A stretch of DNA of 63,382 nt, the filler included, from Perkinsus chesapeaki ATCC PRA-425 (taxonomy: Eukaryota; Protista; Perkinsozoa): the NCBI GenBank assembly GCA_013115145.1. It is 4 parts of 4 records of this genome, joined end to end, with 100 filler letters (N's around TTAATTAATTAA, not from the genome) between each part and the next. Parts side by side here need not be neighbours in the genome. Positions count along the whole stretch, not along the records: positions 37,027 to 56,355 come from JAAPAO010000642.1; 3 more parts are not named here. One strand, given 5' to 3'. Shown in pieces: positions 38,839 to 52,453 of the stretch. Position numbers and translations under genes: made by a program. The notes beneath the pieces were generated by a model. That model saw only the letters and a program-made list of their open reading frames with translations. It was not told the DNA's origin and ran no database searches. Each line of letters opens with the position of its first letter. Within the stretch, counting starts at the first letter, position 1.

Positions 38839-39512
38839 TCATAAACGAGTAACTACGGTCAGCTTTCGGTCAGCTCCAGATCGGCACGGGGCGGACTTGG
38901 AGGCCTGTTCACTCCTCAACACCGAGGGAAGGAACTCTCGACCGAGCCCCACAAACTTCCCCTCGATACGGGAACCACTCAAGCCCTATTAGCAGTCACC
39001 CTACATGAGGTAAATATTGGCTGGCACGCTCGCTTCTCCTGCATATAAAGCGTGAAGTATTAGGTCACTTCAAACCAAAGAGACACTTCATAATCGAAGA
39101 TGAAATGGTGCAATGGAGTCGCCCCCGCCGCCGCAACCGCGATGTGAGAACCGCTGGCCAGGCCGCGAAAGTGTAGCCAGATGACGTGGCAGTCCTGTTG
39201 ATGAGAACTCCCAATCACCGGTGAGTGCCTTGTAAACACCTATTCGATTCCAATACCTCAGAGCCAGTCCTTGGTCCCAACCTACGGACCTCGATTTACC
39301 TGCTTTGCCAACTCAAAATCTTTCATCGAGGCGGCAGGGACCGCCGAAAAATATTATTCGCTCGCCCGAGCCCACTTTGTCTGTCGCTCGCCCAAAAATT
39401 AACATGCTCGAAACCCCCCCCTTCCAAGTTATCATCTACTCGTTCCCCACTATCATACACAGTGTTCAGCATTTAGGCTTACCGCGTGATCTTACTTTCC
39501 CTTGTTCGGTAA

Positions 39513-40220
39513 ATGACCCTCAACAAGCGTGGAATGCGTTCCCCGGCAACAAGACCCTTTATCTTCGCCTGTGCTCTAGCAACCGCATCTTCGTCGTCAT
39601 CTGCTAACCTTTTCTGCCAAGATCACACCGACAATGGTCGTCTGTGTGGTATTGTGAAAACTCAAGGCAAGGGCAAGTCCGAAATCGACAAGCTTTTCAA
39701 ATACGGTAGCTTGCAGACTGCGCAGTGTGACTTCCAGATCATCGATGATAAGAAAATATAACTTCCGACGACCTGTGGCGCTTCCCTCTTACACGGCACG
39801 TATTCGGTGAACTAGTACGAGGGCAGTTTTACACTTAAAGACGCTCGTGATGGCGAGACATTCAAATTTGAAATGCAACCATTTCTCCCGGTCGAAGATG
39901 TGCTCAAGGGTGACCAACACTGGGGAACACAGGTTCCCCACATCGAACTCCTTGCTGGAGCCAATGAGGTCACTGTTTCCGGCTCAATAAGCTCTCACCC
40001 GCAGGTTGCAGATAAGTTCTCTTTAAAGGGTAAGTTCATTGTGCCCGAACTTAAGGGTGAGGCAGACTTGGTTATCTCATTCTTCAAGTCTGGGAAGAAC
40101 GTTAACTGCCTGCTGTGGCAGAGCAGCGCGGCCTTCGTTCTCCTCCCCACCTTCGACAAGGTGATAAACGACGCATCTGATGAAGAGGCTAGCCTTCAAA
40201 GCATCACCGTCCATCAGTGA
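39513..40220 (+). pseudogene. Secreted-protein gene interrupted by two in-frame stops
   Basis: One frame runs from a signal-like N-terminus to TGA at 40220, broken only by TAA 39759-61 and TAG 39813-15. No intron tested rescued the frame. Confidence 0.7.
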
Positions 40221-40402
40221 TGACTATTCCCTGTAATGTGTGTGTGTGAAGATGTTGATGTGTAAGGGTGTGAGTGTTGCGTCTTTAGTAGTACCAATCC
40301 AGCCAGCCCCTTTCAACGGTATAAACTAGAACTCGACATACAGCAGTAGCAGCTCACACTGTAATGGTTGATTCATGACAATAGCATGTGTTTCACGGCA
40401 GT

Positions 40403-42723
40403 CTAGTTTGTCGTCTTCCTCCTACTAGGGGAGGATCCTCCTCCTTCTAAACGCACAGTGATGTTAGTGATATCATCGCAGTAACTGAATATGATATTAA
40501 AGCTGCTTTTTTCGCCGAACGCTACTCGGCTTCGACTGTTTCCCATCGCTTTCGCGCGCATGTATCCAAAAACTCAGCTGCCTCCCATTGGGTTCGCTAA
40601 ACCAAGCTTAAGGCCGGTCCTTACTATAAAGCCGGCTTACAAGTCTGAGCTTCTTGTTCATTATTTTATGGGCTTCCTCGGCCTTCATGAACTCCCACAC
40701 CCCATCGGAGGCTGCCGTCACAAACACACTCTCCCCTATCTGACCACAGTTCTTGTTCCCCTTGGCGAAAGGAGTTAATTTTCTCACGGGAAACTCCCAA
40801 CGCTCATACTCGGGCTCGGCGGTGACGCCGTGCTGGCTCACAGAAGCGTCGCCTATCGCCCTCGTTATAGCCAGCCCTGATCATGAAACTGGTGGGACCT
40901 TCCAGGATTTCTCACCCGGCAAGTTCGTTCCCTTGACGTAAATCCGTTTACTTCCACCAGCGATCTCCCGGACTTCCCCGCCAGCGCTCTCGATCCTCTT
41001 CAGTTCCGCCGGATCTGAAACCCCACTGGCTGTCCACGTTTGTGCACTAGTTTATATTAGATAAGATAGACATACGGTATATTACAATTCCCAAAGGAAG
41101 TGATGACTACTGATAACAGTACAGGAAATCCGACAACGAGAATATGCCCCCAAGGCTGCGCTTACCGTCCGGCGTATGGTCGTGTGTCTCCTTTAGTATC
41201 TAATGCAGAGGTGGTCAAAGTGACCTAGAAAGAATCTTTGTGAGCTACGGATTCCGTGTCCTTCTTTCCGTATTTCCCAGCGACAATTTTGGAATCGCCG
41301 CACCACGCCACGTGGACGACAAGCATCCTCTTCGACGCGGGATCGAGCGGCTCCACCTGTCCTAGCGGTATCGGCTCAGAACCCAGCTCTCCGTCTCACC
41401 ACTAAACAAGCGAGGCTGCTGCCGCTGTTCTCGACAGGGAATCCTATATCTCCAGCAAACCTGAGGGGGATCACCGCCTTGCCGAAAAATGCTTCCAAGG
41501 GACCTCTCACTTCACAATGTCGTTCTGGCACTCCACCACGGCGGACTTTATCTTGTCGGCGATGCTTCTGTCATCTGAATTGAGAGGACTCGCAGACGAA
41601 GCGGGCCATGAGGGTACCGTCAGCCGCCCGCAAGTGGCTGGAGATTAATGACGCTCCCGACTGGGCGCAGCGCTGACTGACGAGATGACCGAAAGGGCCG
41701 TGACCATCGCAAACCAGAGCAATCAGTGTGTTATCATCTGAGTAGTAATGATGGTGGAGTCGGCAGCTGTATCGCCCACCAAGCAACGTGATGCTAAAGC
41801 TGTCCTGATTCGGCGTGTGGTCATCACTGCCTTTCCGCCCTTTCCTGCAGCACGGCCGCCATCAGAGCCACCTCCCGTACGGAAGATCCCTCACCGGCAG
41901 ACTACACCAACTTGAACACCCGCAGTATCTCCCTCAGCACGAGCAAGAGCAAGCTTCTCGTTAATAGGATTCACGAACGGCATCGCCAGTACGTTGGCCA
42001 CCTTGTCATCCTCGCCGGGTGTCTGAGTTGCCGAGAATATACCCAACCCCGCGGATCTCTCTCCCACGCTAAACCGGCGTCGCTCCGCCTCAGCTTTGGT
42101 TTTCGATTCTGGTATCGTCCCCGAGGCATCTGAAGTATATTTCATGGCTTCTATAAGGAACAGCATGACTCACCTCGCAGAACCATCCTTTTGTCGTCCA
42201 TATAGGATTCACCATCGCTGATCAAACCAAGTGCCTGAGAAGAGGCAGAAGACACAACTGACAAAGATATATCCTCGGGAATATGTCTGAGTCTTGCATA
42301 TCAACAGGAAATAAAACTAAAGTCACTCCAAAATGAGGACAGCTACCATCTTACAGCTGACCAGAATACACAATGATACGAATAGTCTAAATAATGACAT
42401 TGATGACGAATAGTCTTAAATAATAGACGATGCTGAACTGGACCTGTTTCGGCCCCGACAAGCAATCAACTACCTTCACAAATTCACATCACAAGTTCAT
42501 ATAGTCGCTGTACGGCGGTTTGTGACGGTCTACTCACCTGCAGCACGGCACCCTTCGGATAGGTCTGTTGGTCAGCCTCCATCAGCTTCACATTGGAGTA
42601 GTCGGCCGAGAGACGCGTACGAAGATCCATCGGAAAAATATCAACAGCGATCAATCTGGTCACGTCTCCCGAGCAACTCAATTCTCCAAACCCAATTCGA
42701 GACGATATAGGCATAGCGCGCAT
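40403..42723 (-). CDS. PP2C/PPM protein phosphatase (possibly the C-terminal half of a DSP-PP2C fusion)
   Basis: Spliced exons give VCRKGRK..PNQDSF, VCDGHG, SGSS, AWCGDSK, HDHTPD.AELKRI, LAITRAIGD, ASDGVWEF and YCDDIT. Stop TAG at 40403-40405. Confidence 0.92.
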
Positions 42724-42729
42724 GCGAGA

Positions 42730-44297
42730 TTAAGCTCTGATAGCACCGTTGGCGTCGTGCTCCAAAAGCTGCCTCTCAAACCCTGGATTTGGCTCTGCCA
42801 TGGATCGAACCTGCGCCGGTTCAAACCCAACCACGCAGGAGGCCAAAATCTCACCGAGACCACCATCGCCAAGGCAGCCTTATAGTCGATGTTGAGATGT
42901 CTCATCAAATAACTGATCAGCACTATCACGCTCCGGCTCTGACAAAAAGCAAGCTACAAGCCCCTCCCCGCTGCTGCTGACGACACAATACCTGTCCCAT
43001 AATGCAGTGTATAAGAACGTTGCCGTCTCCATGCTTGCGGGCATCATCGATGAAGTCCCAAGCCTTCCTTAAATACGGTATGCCCAACACTTGCTGCTCG
43101 TTATCTCTCATAGGTATACGACAGTACCTGCAAGAAAACAACAACCAAGAAGAAGATGAAGACGATTGGATTCCATTATTGAATTCCATCATTATGGGAG
43201 AGGACTATTGGCGACTATCGAATTCATCACAACATTATTAGTGTGGAGACCCTCCTGGACAGTATCTCCGCTGGGGAGATGCTCAGGTATAACCGCCAAG
43301 ACAAGGTACGGGAACTTCCTGTCAGGAAGTAAAGCTATACCATCGACACACGACGACGGACCTCGAGGAGGAGCAGCAGCAGCAGGAGCAGCCTGACTGC
43401 ACTATATGCTACTACGTTCACAGAACAATTGTCATTTAAATAAAAGGTAATCACGGCGACCGAAGGTAGAAGATATAGTGGTTTGCTCGCTTCACGAGTT
43501 CCCCAACCGATCCTGCTTCCAGCAGGCTAAAATATCCCTCTAAAAGCGAGGACTCATTTAAGACACCCAACCCATACCGTAAGCTATTCCCTATCACAAT
43601 ATCGGCGGTCTCAAGTCCAATAAAGGAGGAGGTGGTCTAAAGCTCCTGTTATGAGCGCGTCGCTCGTTTTCCATCCATTCCAGACACGGAATCTGCTCAC
43701 CTGAACTCCGGATCAGCTTCGTGGTAATTGCGCACTCCTCCCTCGAGGTACTCCACTGTGCAATTGACAACATACCTAAACAAGCTGAAGCTGCTGCTCA
43801 AGCACCGTAAGGACTACCCGGCATAGGCGAAGGCAAAGAAATGTACGGAGACGAATCAACGTCTAGTAGGTTGGCCTTTGAATCCTATCTGCAGTGACCA
43901 ACTTGGCCACAAGAAGGCACCCTATGAGAAGTCCGTACCAATGCTGGAGAGGCACGGGAACCCGGATAACAACAAGTCCGGGAGATTTCGCTACATACTT
44001 CCCAACATCGAGGATTCGGGAATGATATATGTCACTGAGTAGGACGGCGGCCTCTGGTTTCAAAGGGAGCATTGACAGAACAGTATATTGTGCGGAAAGC
44101 CACGCTGGCCCAGTGCTGCTCTAATAGCAGCCGTGGTCGACCCCGAAGGCGAGGGGACAGCCCACTACTGTGCAACAACAAGCATCCCCCATAGCCCACT
44201 TTATCCCGGCAGCCAACAACCTCTCCTTGTCACTCGCATCTCGCCTATTCCCTATCCACAGCCAGCTGAAGCAGCGCCGGATAACACCCAGGCCCAT
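42730..44297 (-). CDS. Dual-specificity protein phosphatase (start approximate)
   Basis: Exons WLWIGNRRDASD, YVVNCT, YCRIPMRD, catalytic HCIMGQSRS (CX5R), YLM and PNPGFERQL. Confidence 0.9.
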
Positions 44298-44549
44298 TCA
44301 ATCCTCATCGAATCCCCTTGCCAGTGCTCCACCAGGCACCCTATCTACTTCATTGCACGACTCTCCTTGAGGTAGTCCCCAAAAGGTACTCATAAAGATC
44401 ACCAAAAGTCTCAGCCGGTGCACAATAAATATATAATAATTTTAATAAATTATAGGGAGGCGATGTCATATAAGTTTTACTAGTAATAGTAAGGATATCC
44501 ATGAAAGTTATATCAATACAAAGAGTGTTTCAGTCGAAATTGGTGGACG

Positions 44550-46903
44550 GCCCACCTACACTGACATCTGGACGCTCCCTTCAGAATGGAAAAGATGGCA
44601 TGCATTGACGGCTGACCGATTTTTCAAACTGCTTACGGAATTCCGAGACACCATTGACTACGCCAAAGCCCCCCCACGGGCTTACTCCAGGGTCGGCATG
44701 TGGGCCATAACATTCTGCCCCATCGGTGCAATGAAGCTTGATCGCTTCGCCCCTGACATCATCACCCCATCCTCCCTCCCACTTCACACTTCCCTATACC
44801 TGCTGACGGTTGCTGATCCGTCGGCGCCGTCGGCTGCTGCTGCGTCGCGGCGCTGCTGCTAGTGTTAGAGATAAACCTACTACCCTCAACACTGGCATCT
44901 ACCCCTGGCCACAGCCTAGCCTCACCTAGCCTGACCAACGACCTTAGGCGGGATGTGATGGGGCGCCATGTTGGCCAATGCAGCCTTCTCCTCCTCCGTA
45001 AGCTCCACTACCACTAAAAACATCCACCATCACCGCCGAGACAGCTAATCACCTTCTCCAGTCTCCCCTTGGTCATCTTCATCAATAGTTTCGCTGCTTC
45101 CATCCTGCCGCCGATACTCACCTCAACCATCGCCCAACACTTACCTTCTGTATCGAGCTCACCAAAGCCGAAGTAAGCATCTGGACAGACTGCCGACGAT
45201 CGTTGCTTGCAAAACGCCGCACTAGACCGGACAGCTATCAGCGAGCTCCACCTCACAGTGGCCCACTGAAGTCCGGAGGCGGTGACGACTTCAGCATCTC
45301 CTTCAACTGATCCTTGCTCCGCTGCTCCCATTCCTCCAGCACCTCTATGATGGCCGTGTTGCCCCAGTCACACGCCACCAAATACGGTGTGCGGCCCCTA
45401 CAAGAAGAATGCTGCATCAGAGTCGGAGGGCTTAGTCGAGACTTATAATATAAATTGATTAAATATGATGACAGGCAACAAAGTCGAGACTTGTAATATA
45501 AATTGATTAAATATGATGACAGGCAACAAAGCCATATGAGCTGAGTAGGAGGCACACCGATGATCACGGCTGCATTGAATAGAGACGAGCGATGGCTTCG
45601 TTAACTAACCGAAAACACTTGTCCGTAGTCCGCCCCACAGATGGGGGGCAGCTCAAGATACGACAGAAAGCGATATATCCTATCTCAACAAAAGTCTTAG
45701 TCTTATCCTTTCAAAAGATTAGCTACTAAGTCTTTCGATTCGAGAGCCTAAGATACAACACGTAGATCCAGTTCCACGAAGAACTAGTTGTCCCCAGAGC
45801 TAGTGCGTTTGCTTCTCCTCCACCTAGAAAAGAAGCTCTATCATGTGGACAAGACTCCCCCGGCGGCCACGAGGGAAACATTTCCGTCCACCCAGGTCCT
45901 TGCCCCGATGCACTACATGTTGTTCTCCACATGAGGATCTGCCTTATAGTCCACCAACAGCTGCACGGCAGATTCATTCCCTAACACCATCATTTCCTCC
46001 CCCGCCATACCAATAGCATTACCAACAAACGCTGCCCAATGCAGTGGAGTCCACGCCTCATTATCCTTCCCATTCAGCCCCGGGCAGCCTTTGTCCAACA
46101 GCATAGTCAAAACCTGTCGTAACATTGGACCTCAGACTTACCTTTGACTTACTTCGAGGCCCTCATCCGTCTCGCAATTGAAGACGGCCAAGTGCAGCGG
46201 GTTGCGGTTGTACTCGTCGACACCGGTTAGGCGACAGGTGCCATTTCTGATGGCTTCCTTGGCCTTCTCTAGCTCCCCAGCCCCCAGTAGAATGACCTAG
46301 TTAACCTATAACGTATCTTTTAGCCGTTTCAGATACCAATTCATTCTCAGATAACCCCATCGACACTCTTGTGTTCTGTTCCTTTACGCAGCTATCCACT
46401 ATAAACTCCAATGGGTCCCCTGGTTGAGCCTTGGCCAACTTGTGGACCAGCAACCCTATCATCGAGGCCAGGTTATGCTCCTCCATATACGTCTGCACCG
46501 GGGCGTTGTAACTGATGAAGCTGCTTGCTTAGGAGATACCGGCCGGCGGCCTGGACCTGCTGGCAATGTGCTTGGCAATGCCATCTCGAAGGCCATGGAG
46601 ATCGGCCATCTGACAGTAGTCCGTAAAGGAGCAGGTGTTATCTTCGGAATCCAGCTCCAATAGGGACACGAATGAGTTGGTCATCTCGTTATCGATAACG
46701 GGAAGGTTGATGAACTTCGTGGTATCTTTGTAGTTCGGCAATAGCATCTTTTTATTGCCTAAGATACAACAAAGGTAAGCTTGCTGACCTCTGCTGCTAG
46801 GCTCACCATCATCATCTGTAAAACTAACGCTTTTGAATGCATTAGAGAGACTCTCGGCCTTATCAGAGGACAGCCACGTCGAACGATTTCGTCTCCCAGG
46901 CAT
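44550..46903 (-). CDS. Dpy-30/RIIa-like dimerization-docking motif + ankyrin-repeat protein (3' end uncertain)
   Basis: YMEEHNLASMIGLLVHKLAKAQPGDPLEFI, then ankyrin motifs NRNPLHLA, AWTPLHWAA and GRTPYLVACDWGN. ATG at 46903. Confidence 0.8.
45434..45531. repeat. 48-bp tandem duplication (2 copies, 1 mismatch) inside an intron
   Basis: AGTCGAGACTT(A/G)TAATATAAATTGATTAAATATGATGACAGGCAACAA repeated at 45434 and 45482. Confidence 0.92.
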
Positions 46904-47120
46904 TTCACAAACTGTTATTCACAATACTCACAGCCTGCTCCAGAAAACCTTAGGCCCCCGCCCCACGTTGAGACTCTCAGCATGGTGAATCTTGATAGAT
47001 CTTGCGCACTTACATTTACTCAACGGACTACGCTGCGCAAGTTGACGCTCGAGCTCTACCATAAGGACGCAGCGTCCTTCGGAGCGTCCTGGACGCTCCT
47101 CTCGTTACCAGCCTTTTTTT

Positions 47121-47370
47121 ATGGTTCACAACAATCCCCTTCTGTTCACCTCTGTAGTTGTTGCCGTCATAGCATTAGCCCTCTGTCTATGTGCCAAGGT
47201 CTTCCACCGTAAGTCCCTTCTGCGCCGCTTTCCCTTCTATCACCCTTGCCTCAGGCCTCTGCCTTGTTCTATGCTTCCTCGGCCTTGTCGCCCTTGGTGT
47301 GGCCGTATGGTTGTTCCATACCTCTCAATTGAGTGTTAAAGTCCAAGTTGAAACGCCATGGACTACATGA
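47121..47370 (+). CDS. Small two-TM membrane protein (~67 aa, intron 47209-47254)
   Basis: Splicing gtaagt...ctcag gives two hydrophobic segments, SVVVAVIALALCLC and LCLVLCFLGLVALGVAVWLF. Confidence 0.5.
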
Positions 47371-47866
47371 CCCATCGTGCCCCTTATTTCCCATTGTAGC
47401 GTTCAGCCAATTAAGGACAAAACCATACGGAAGACCGTTGAGGCAAACAATCGAGGGCGTTACTGTTATGCAACCTCGCGGTCATTGCCTCTCAGTTATA
47501 TGATATAACTTATATTACATCCATACTATTCATCCACGTTATTATATCGTCATATATTTAGTATAATATCTACTACACGGTTCCGTCGTCGGCCGCAAGC
47601 ACCGTTAAAACTAAGACGGTCGAGCCCAAGTGTATCATTTCGACATCGGTGTGTCACACTATTATGCCGCTTAACCACTAACTTGCAACACCACACAAAG
47701 AATACAAAATGGAGACGTTAGCGTAACAGCCGCGTTTCATAAACTTGTGAGCCGACGTTGCACCTAAGTCAACTTACGGCAAACTTAACAGTAACTTTTC
47801 CACTCACCTTTATTATTTTCTCGTTGACCTTCGTATGATACTCATGCCAAAACCCAAAGAGTAGCT

Positions 47867-50800
47867 TCAGCTCCTCCGCTGCCTTCTGATACGTCTAAGG
47901 CGATACTGCAGCAACACATCAGACGCTACCATCAGGCCTACCTCCAATATTCCGCAAGAGCTCAGCTGCTCGATCTCTTTTGCCGAGAAGGAGCCATAGA
48001 AAAACATCCTTCTTGTTGCTTGGCTCGATAAACTCGCAAACCTCGTCGGATTGCGCTGCGCCAGAACTTGGTACCTGAGCCGTGCTCTGTAGAGCACAAC
48101 AGCGACCAGGCCTTCTCACGTGGCCTGCTCTAACAGTATATCTGCCTTCTCCTCAAGCGCCCACGAATGAGCGCCATTGAGACCGTCGTATGCCCGCACC
48201 TATATAACGGGAACCAAATTTGATCACATAGAGCTACCACAGAAACGAGCAACAGTCTTGCGTGTCTTACGCAGAAGTCCAGATAGATATCTAAGCACTT
48301 GATAGCCTCCGAGAACTCCTTGACGTATATGTAGTAATCGGCCAGTATATGCAACCTGTAGCAAAGGAAACTGTTCAACTGTTAAGTTAGAGTAGTAAAT
48401 TAAATTATGTATTTCACCACACCGCTATCGTGCAGATATTCCATACCGCAGGATGCATCTACCAGTGGCATGGTAACACAGAAACTAATTCACTTCTCGA
48501 GGTGCCTCCAAGATTTCTCCAATCAAGCTCCCCTACACTTTAGCTGCCGTGCCGTGATGGTCATTGGTGACAGCCTTGCTCAGCTTCCGCAGTTGCTTCG
48601 CCTGTCCAGCATCCATGAACTCACCGGCATTGTGTCGAGTTATGTCCCTGAATCCGCCCAACTCAGCGTCATCTAATCTCTATACACTTACTTCGACTCC
48701 AACCCTTTTAAAACCGCCGCAAGACGACCTTCCGATTTCAAGTAGAGGAAAAATCTTTCCGCGCTGAGTTCTTTTCCGCACCGAAGGCAGACCGGCAAAC
48801 GGTTGAACGCATCTATAAAAAATAAACTAATTTCACCAGCGTGGACGTCCCACCTATGGCCTCCTTCCCATCAGAGAGCAGAGGGGCATCCGACGGGAAT
48901 ACAACATCTCCCACAGAACACGACGGACATGCAAAGACTCTCGAGGGATCCTCTTCCGCGGTGCATCTGAGATTCAATTTTCCGAACCGCGGCAAGCAAA
49001 GGAAGCTCTCACCGAGGGCATGTGCAGACAAATCCTTTGGTGGTGTTGAGGTCATCCACCCGAGCTCTGGTGCAGTCCAAAAGCGCCTCCTCGGAAAGGT
49101 ACGACACGCACACTTCATCGCCTAAGCGAGGTCTGATAAGCTTGCCAGCACCCTCGACCCACCCCTTTCAATAGGAAGACGCGCTTTCAACACGAAGTTG
49201 CCCTCCGGATCATTGACCCATCCTAAATCATCTACAGTCACACCGGCTTCAACGCAGAGGCTTACCAGCGTTGGGCAGGCAGCTGTGGCTCATGAAGGCC
49301 GGAGCGAAGTACGTCGAGTACCCCGTGGGCGTCTCCTGGTATTCACTGAACCAAAGGACTCCAGCCTATCTCTGCAGCTGCTGTGCCTTACAAGCAGTTG
49401 TGAATCCAAATCTGCAGGAGCTCCTCCAGCAGCTGATCGCAGCCTTCCAGTCCACAGGCTTGCACTACTCGACGAACTGATTCGGAGACCTCCGTAATCT
49501 AAAGCGGGAATGCGTTAAACTCGTGTGAATTAGGAAGGCGGCCTTGAGGAGATACTATTATTCTGAATAATGATATATAAAATATAATATCATATGAACA
49601 ATAAGTTATTAGAATACGCTCACTAGTACTACTCTAAGTAACTAGCACTTGGTATTAATTAAAGGAATTGAAACAGTGGATGAGCATCGGAGGCGGGTGT
49701 GTACTAGTTTGCAATGAATAGTAGCTTAGCCATATTACAAGTCCAAAAAGCTTCGTAATATGCCTCTTTATTCCCCATCATCAGACGTTACCCTACCTCT
49801 GGCTTATGCAGGAGGAGTAGTCGCTTCTGGGTCTCCGATGACACACTTGGTATTGAACCTGATGAATGCGTACGGCTGGCCTAGTATAAGAGCAGCCTTA
49901 CTGGAGCTTGGCAAGTCTCGGTCAGTTAGGGATCGGACAGCACACCAATACCAAAGAGCTTCATAGTCCTGATAAGCAACTCATGGTCCCCAGTACAATA
50001 CGACAGTTAAAAGAAGAACCCAAGGCAATTAATATCATTTCCAGGTCTCCCTGATACCGAGATTTCCTCATTTATCCAGAAAAGAGAGGATCGGCTTTTG
50101 TGAATCAGAAAAGTTACCGCAAGGGAAGCTTCGAACCACATGAACTGGTTGTTGAAAGAATCATCTGCAGGAGTCGATCTCCGAGCGGACACCGACTCAA
50201 CGACGCCAAAGCACAGCTATTGGGATACACTCTACTGAATGAACTTGCATAAACAGCTGCCGCCGTGCCTCTCCGTAAAAGACCGATCACCAGCTTAGCT
50301 GGTCCAGCTAGTTTCAAGCCATGCCTGCAGCATATCCGAAGTTAGTAACTTGGAAGTAGCTAGTGACGTAGTTAAACTACATTCTGTACTACAGAATATG
50401 TAGTTACATAATGTTACTCATTTACTGTATAACCAAGTTTCTACATTCCCGGCCCCCCAAATCCAAAATGAGATCTCTAGGTCCCGCCGTGCTGCCTACC
50501 ATGTCCCCATCATCCTCACAAAGGCCCTTTATTTTCTCATAGTCACAATCGCTATCATCCTCGCACACAATATGAAGAGGAGCCTCCACAAATATAACGT
50601 CTCCGATGCCGTACGTCCGGTGGCTAAATAAAAAGATACTCTGTGGATTAGAAATGACAGGACGCACCTGATCAGCGTTCGACCTTTGCCTTCCATCACT
50701 TGGCAATGAAGACCTGAAATGGCAGTTCTCGAGCCCGCACAGGAGCACTCCCTCACAATGCGCAACGTAACGGTACATTCTTTACAAACTCTGCATCGAG

Positions 50801-51040
50801 AAGATCGTGAGCAGAAAGCGTTCCCTGCAGCCGCGCTCTCTTACCCGCACCAGGATGCATCTCTGTGAGGTAATCATTGATATAGTCCACATCAGAGCCC
50901 TCTGCAATGAATTCCGATACATCCCCTGCCCGCAGCCTTTTCGGTGATAAAAACTCGTCACCTGAAACTGGTAAAGTTGCAGAGCCGTAGAGTATGTGGA
51001 GAAAAACTATAACATCTTCATCAAGAGATTGTGCTAACAA
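47867..51040 (-). CDS. SMYD-type SET-domain lysine methyltransferase with TPR-like C-terminus (ends approximate)
   Basis: Exons give GKGRTL, GDVIFVEAP, IWIHNCF, FMSHSCLPNA, LKARLPIERGDEVCVSY and post-SET FVCTCPRC, followed by helical TPR-like exons. Confidence 0.88.
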
Positions 51041-51586
51041 CAGCGGAACCTGTCACTATCTTTTGAGATATGTTACTCACAGTTGCTAGTTTTGAACTTA
51101 CTTCTATTATAGAAGTAACTCTTTTTATAGAAGTAGAGATATGAAAGTTTCATCCCATCTATGTGGAGGAATATTAGTAATCAATGATTAGAATGTACAT
51201 GTTATTACTATTCATACGTACATCGCTTACTGGCTCTTATACCCTTCCGAATTCACAAGCCACACCCGTTTCTCCTACTACCAGTAATAACAGCGGCCAT
51301 GTCGACAGGGGCGACGGTGCAATCCACAGGCATTTAAACTGCTACAACAGAAACACAGAAACTGGCAACTATAGAGACCCCCCCATCTCTACACTAACCC
51401 AAGCTCCTTAGACGATAGAATGAAACCCTCTATCGCCTGTGGGTCCTTGCTCTACAGCCTTAACAACGAGACGTGCGATTCTACATCAACAACAACCCAG
51501 TGCGATGGGCCACGTCTAAAACATTAGAACGGGCAATTGTGACGATATTGCTACATACAAAATCTTAAAGTAAAAACTCGAGCAAG

Positions 51587-52179
51587 CTAATTCTTTTGGA
51601 GCTTGATATAGATGATCCATCCGCCCAGAGCAAGAACGATAACTAGACCGCCGATGCCGCTGATGTAACCTGACGAGGCTTCCCACGCAGTTGAATAGGC
51701 CATGCAGATTACTTACCACACCCGCAGCAGCAAACTAGGAAAAACAGGGCAACGGCTGCCACGACGCTCGCTGAGGAAAGTGATGACAAGGGAAAAATAG
51801 AGGACATATTTACATATTATAATCACGGGATTCGACCATGATCCGAATGCCCCTTGGCTGCTGCCATCACTAGCGAGGAGGCGGATGCTGCCCTATAAGC
51901 CAGAGAATGAATGCCGGCGAGAGCGGTGCTCCCACCTACCCAAATATCTTCGTCCGTTAACACATCGTCGAGCGCCCTATAGTCCGCATTATCGACGATT
52001 CGAGCTTCGTTATGGCGGACAACGGAAAGGAAGTTTTGTGCAGTGTCGTCTGAGGATTTAACAGCTTCACCAGACCCGCCTGCCAAATACTCACCCGCAA
52101 CAGGGACGGTTTCCGCTGTGCTACAGGAACGGTGGACACAGCAGAGTAGTAGAACGACGATTACAGTAGGAAGTCGCAT
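51587..52179 (-). CDS. Signal peptide + two C-terminal TM membrane protein, 3 exons
   Basis: MRLPTVIVVLLLCCV signal. Spliced exons ASVVAAVALFFLVCCCGC and GYISGIGGLVIVLALGGWIIYIKLQKN, stop TAG at 51587-89. Confidence 0.75.
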
Positions 52180-52453
52180 TGACGTGAAAAGGAATCCCTA
52201 TGAGTTGAAGTTCTCGTATTAAGGGTAGCGCCCTCAAGACGCTCCCCATACTGCTAGGTTGGTCCATAAACTGAGGCTAGTGGGACAACTTGAACGCAAA
52301 AAAGGATTGCTCTAAGATCGACAAATGGGACGACCGACAAGTTGTACAGTAAAAACCGCGCTAGCGGGATTCTCAAATTCACAGGCTTCCCAGATATATC
52401 TTCTCCTTAGCCGACAACGTTAATTCCAGTTTATAGGAACCAACTGAAGCCAT

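Noticed and set aside
39759-39815. TAA/TAG read as Gln (ciliate-type code)
   Set aside because: TAA and TAG are real stops at homology-supported ends in this window (decarboxylase, PP2C, SR protein).
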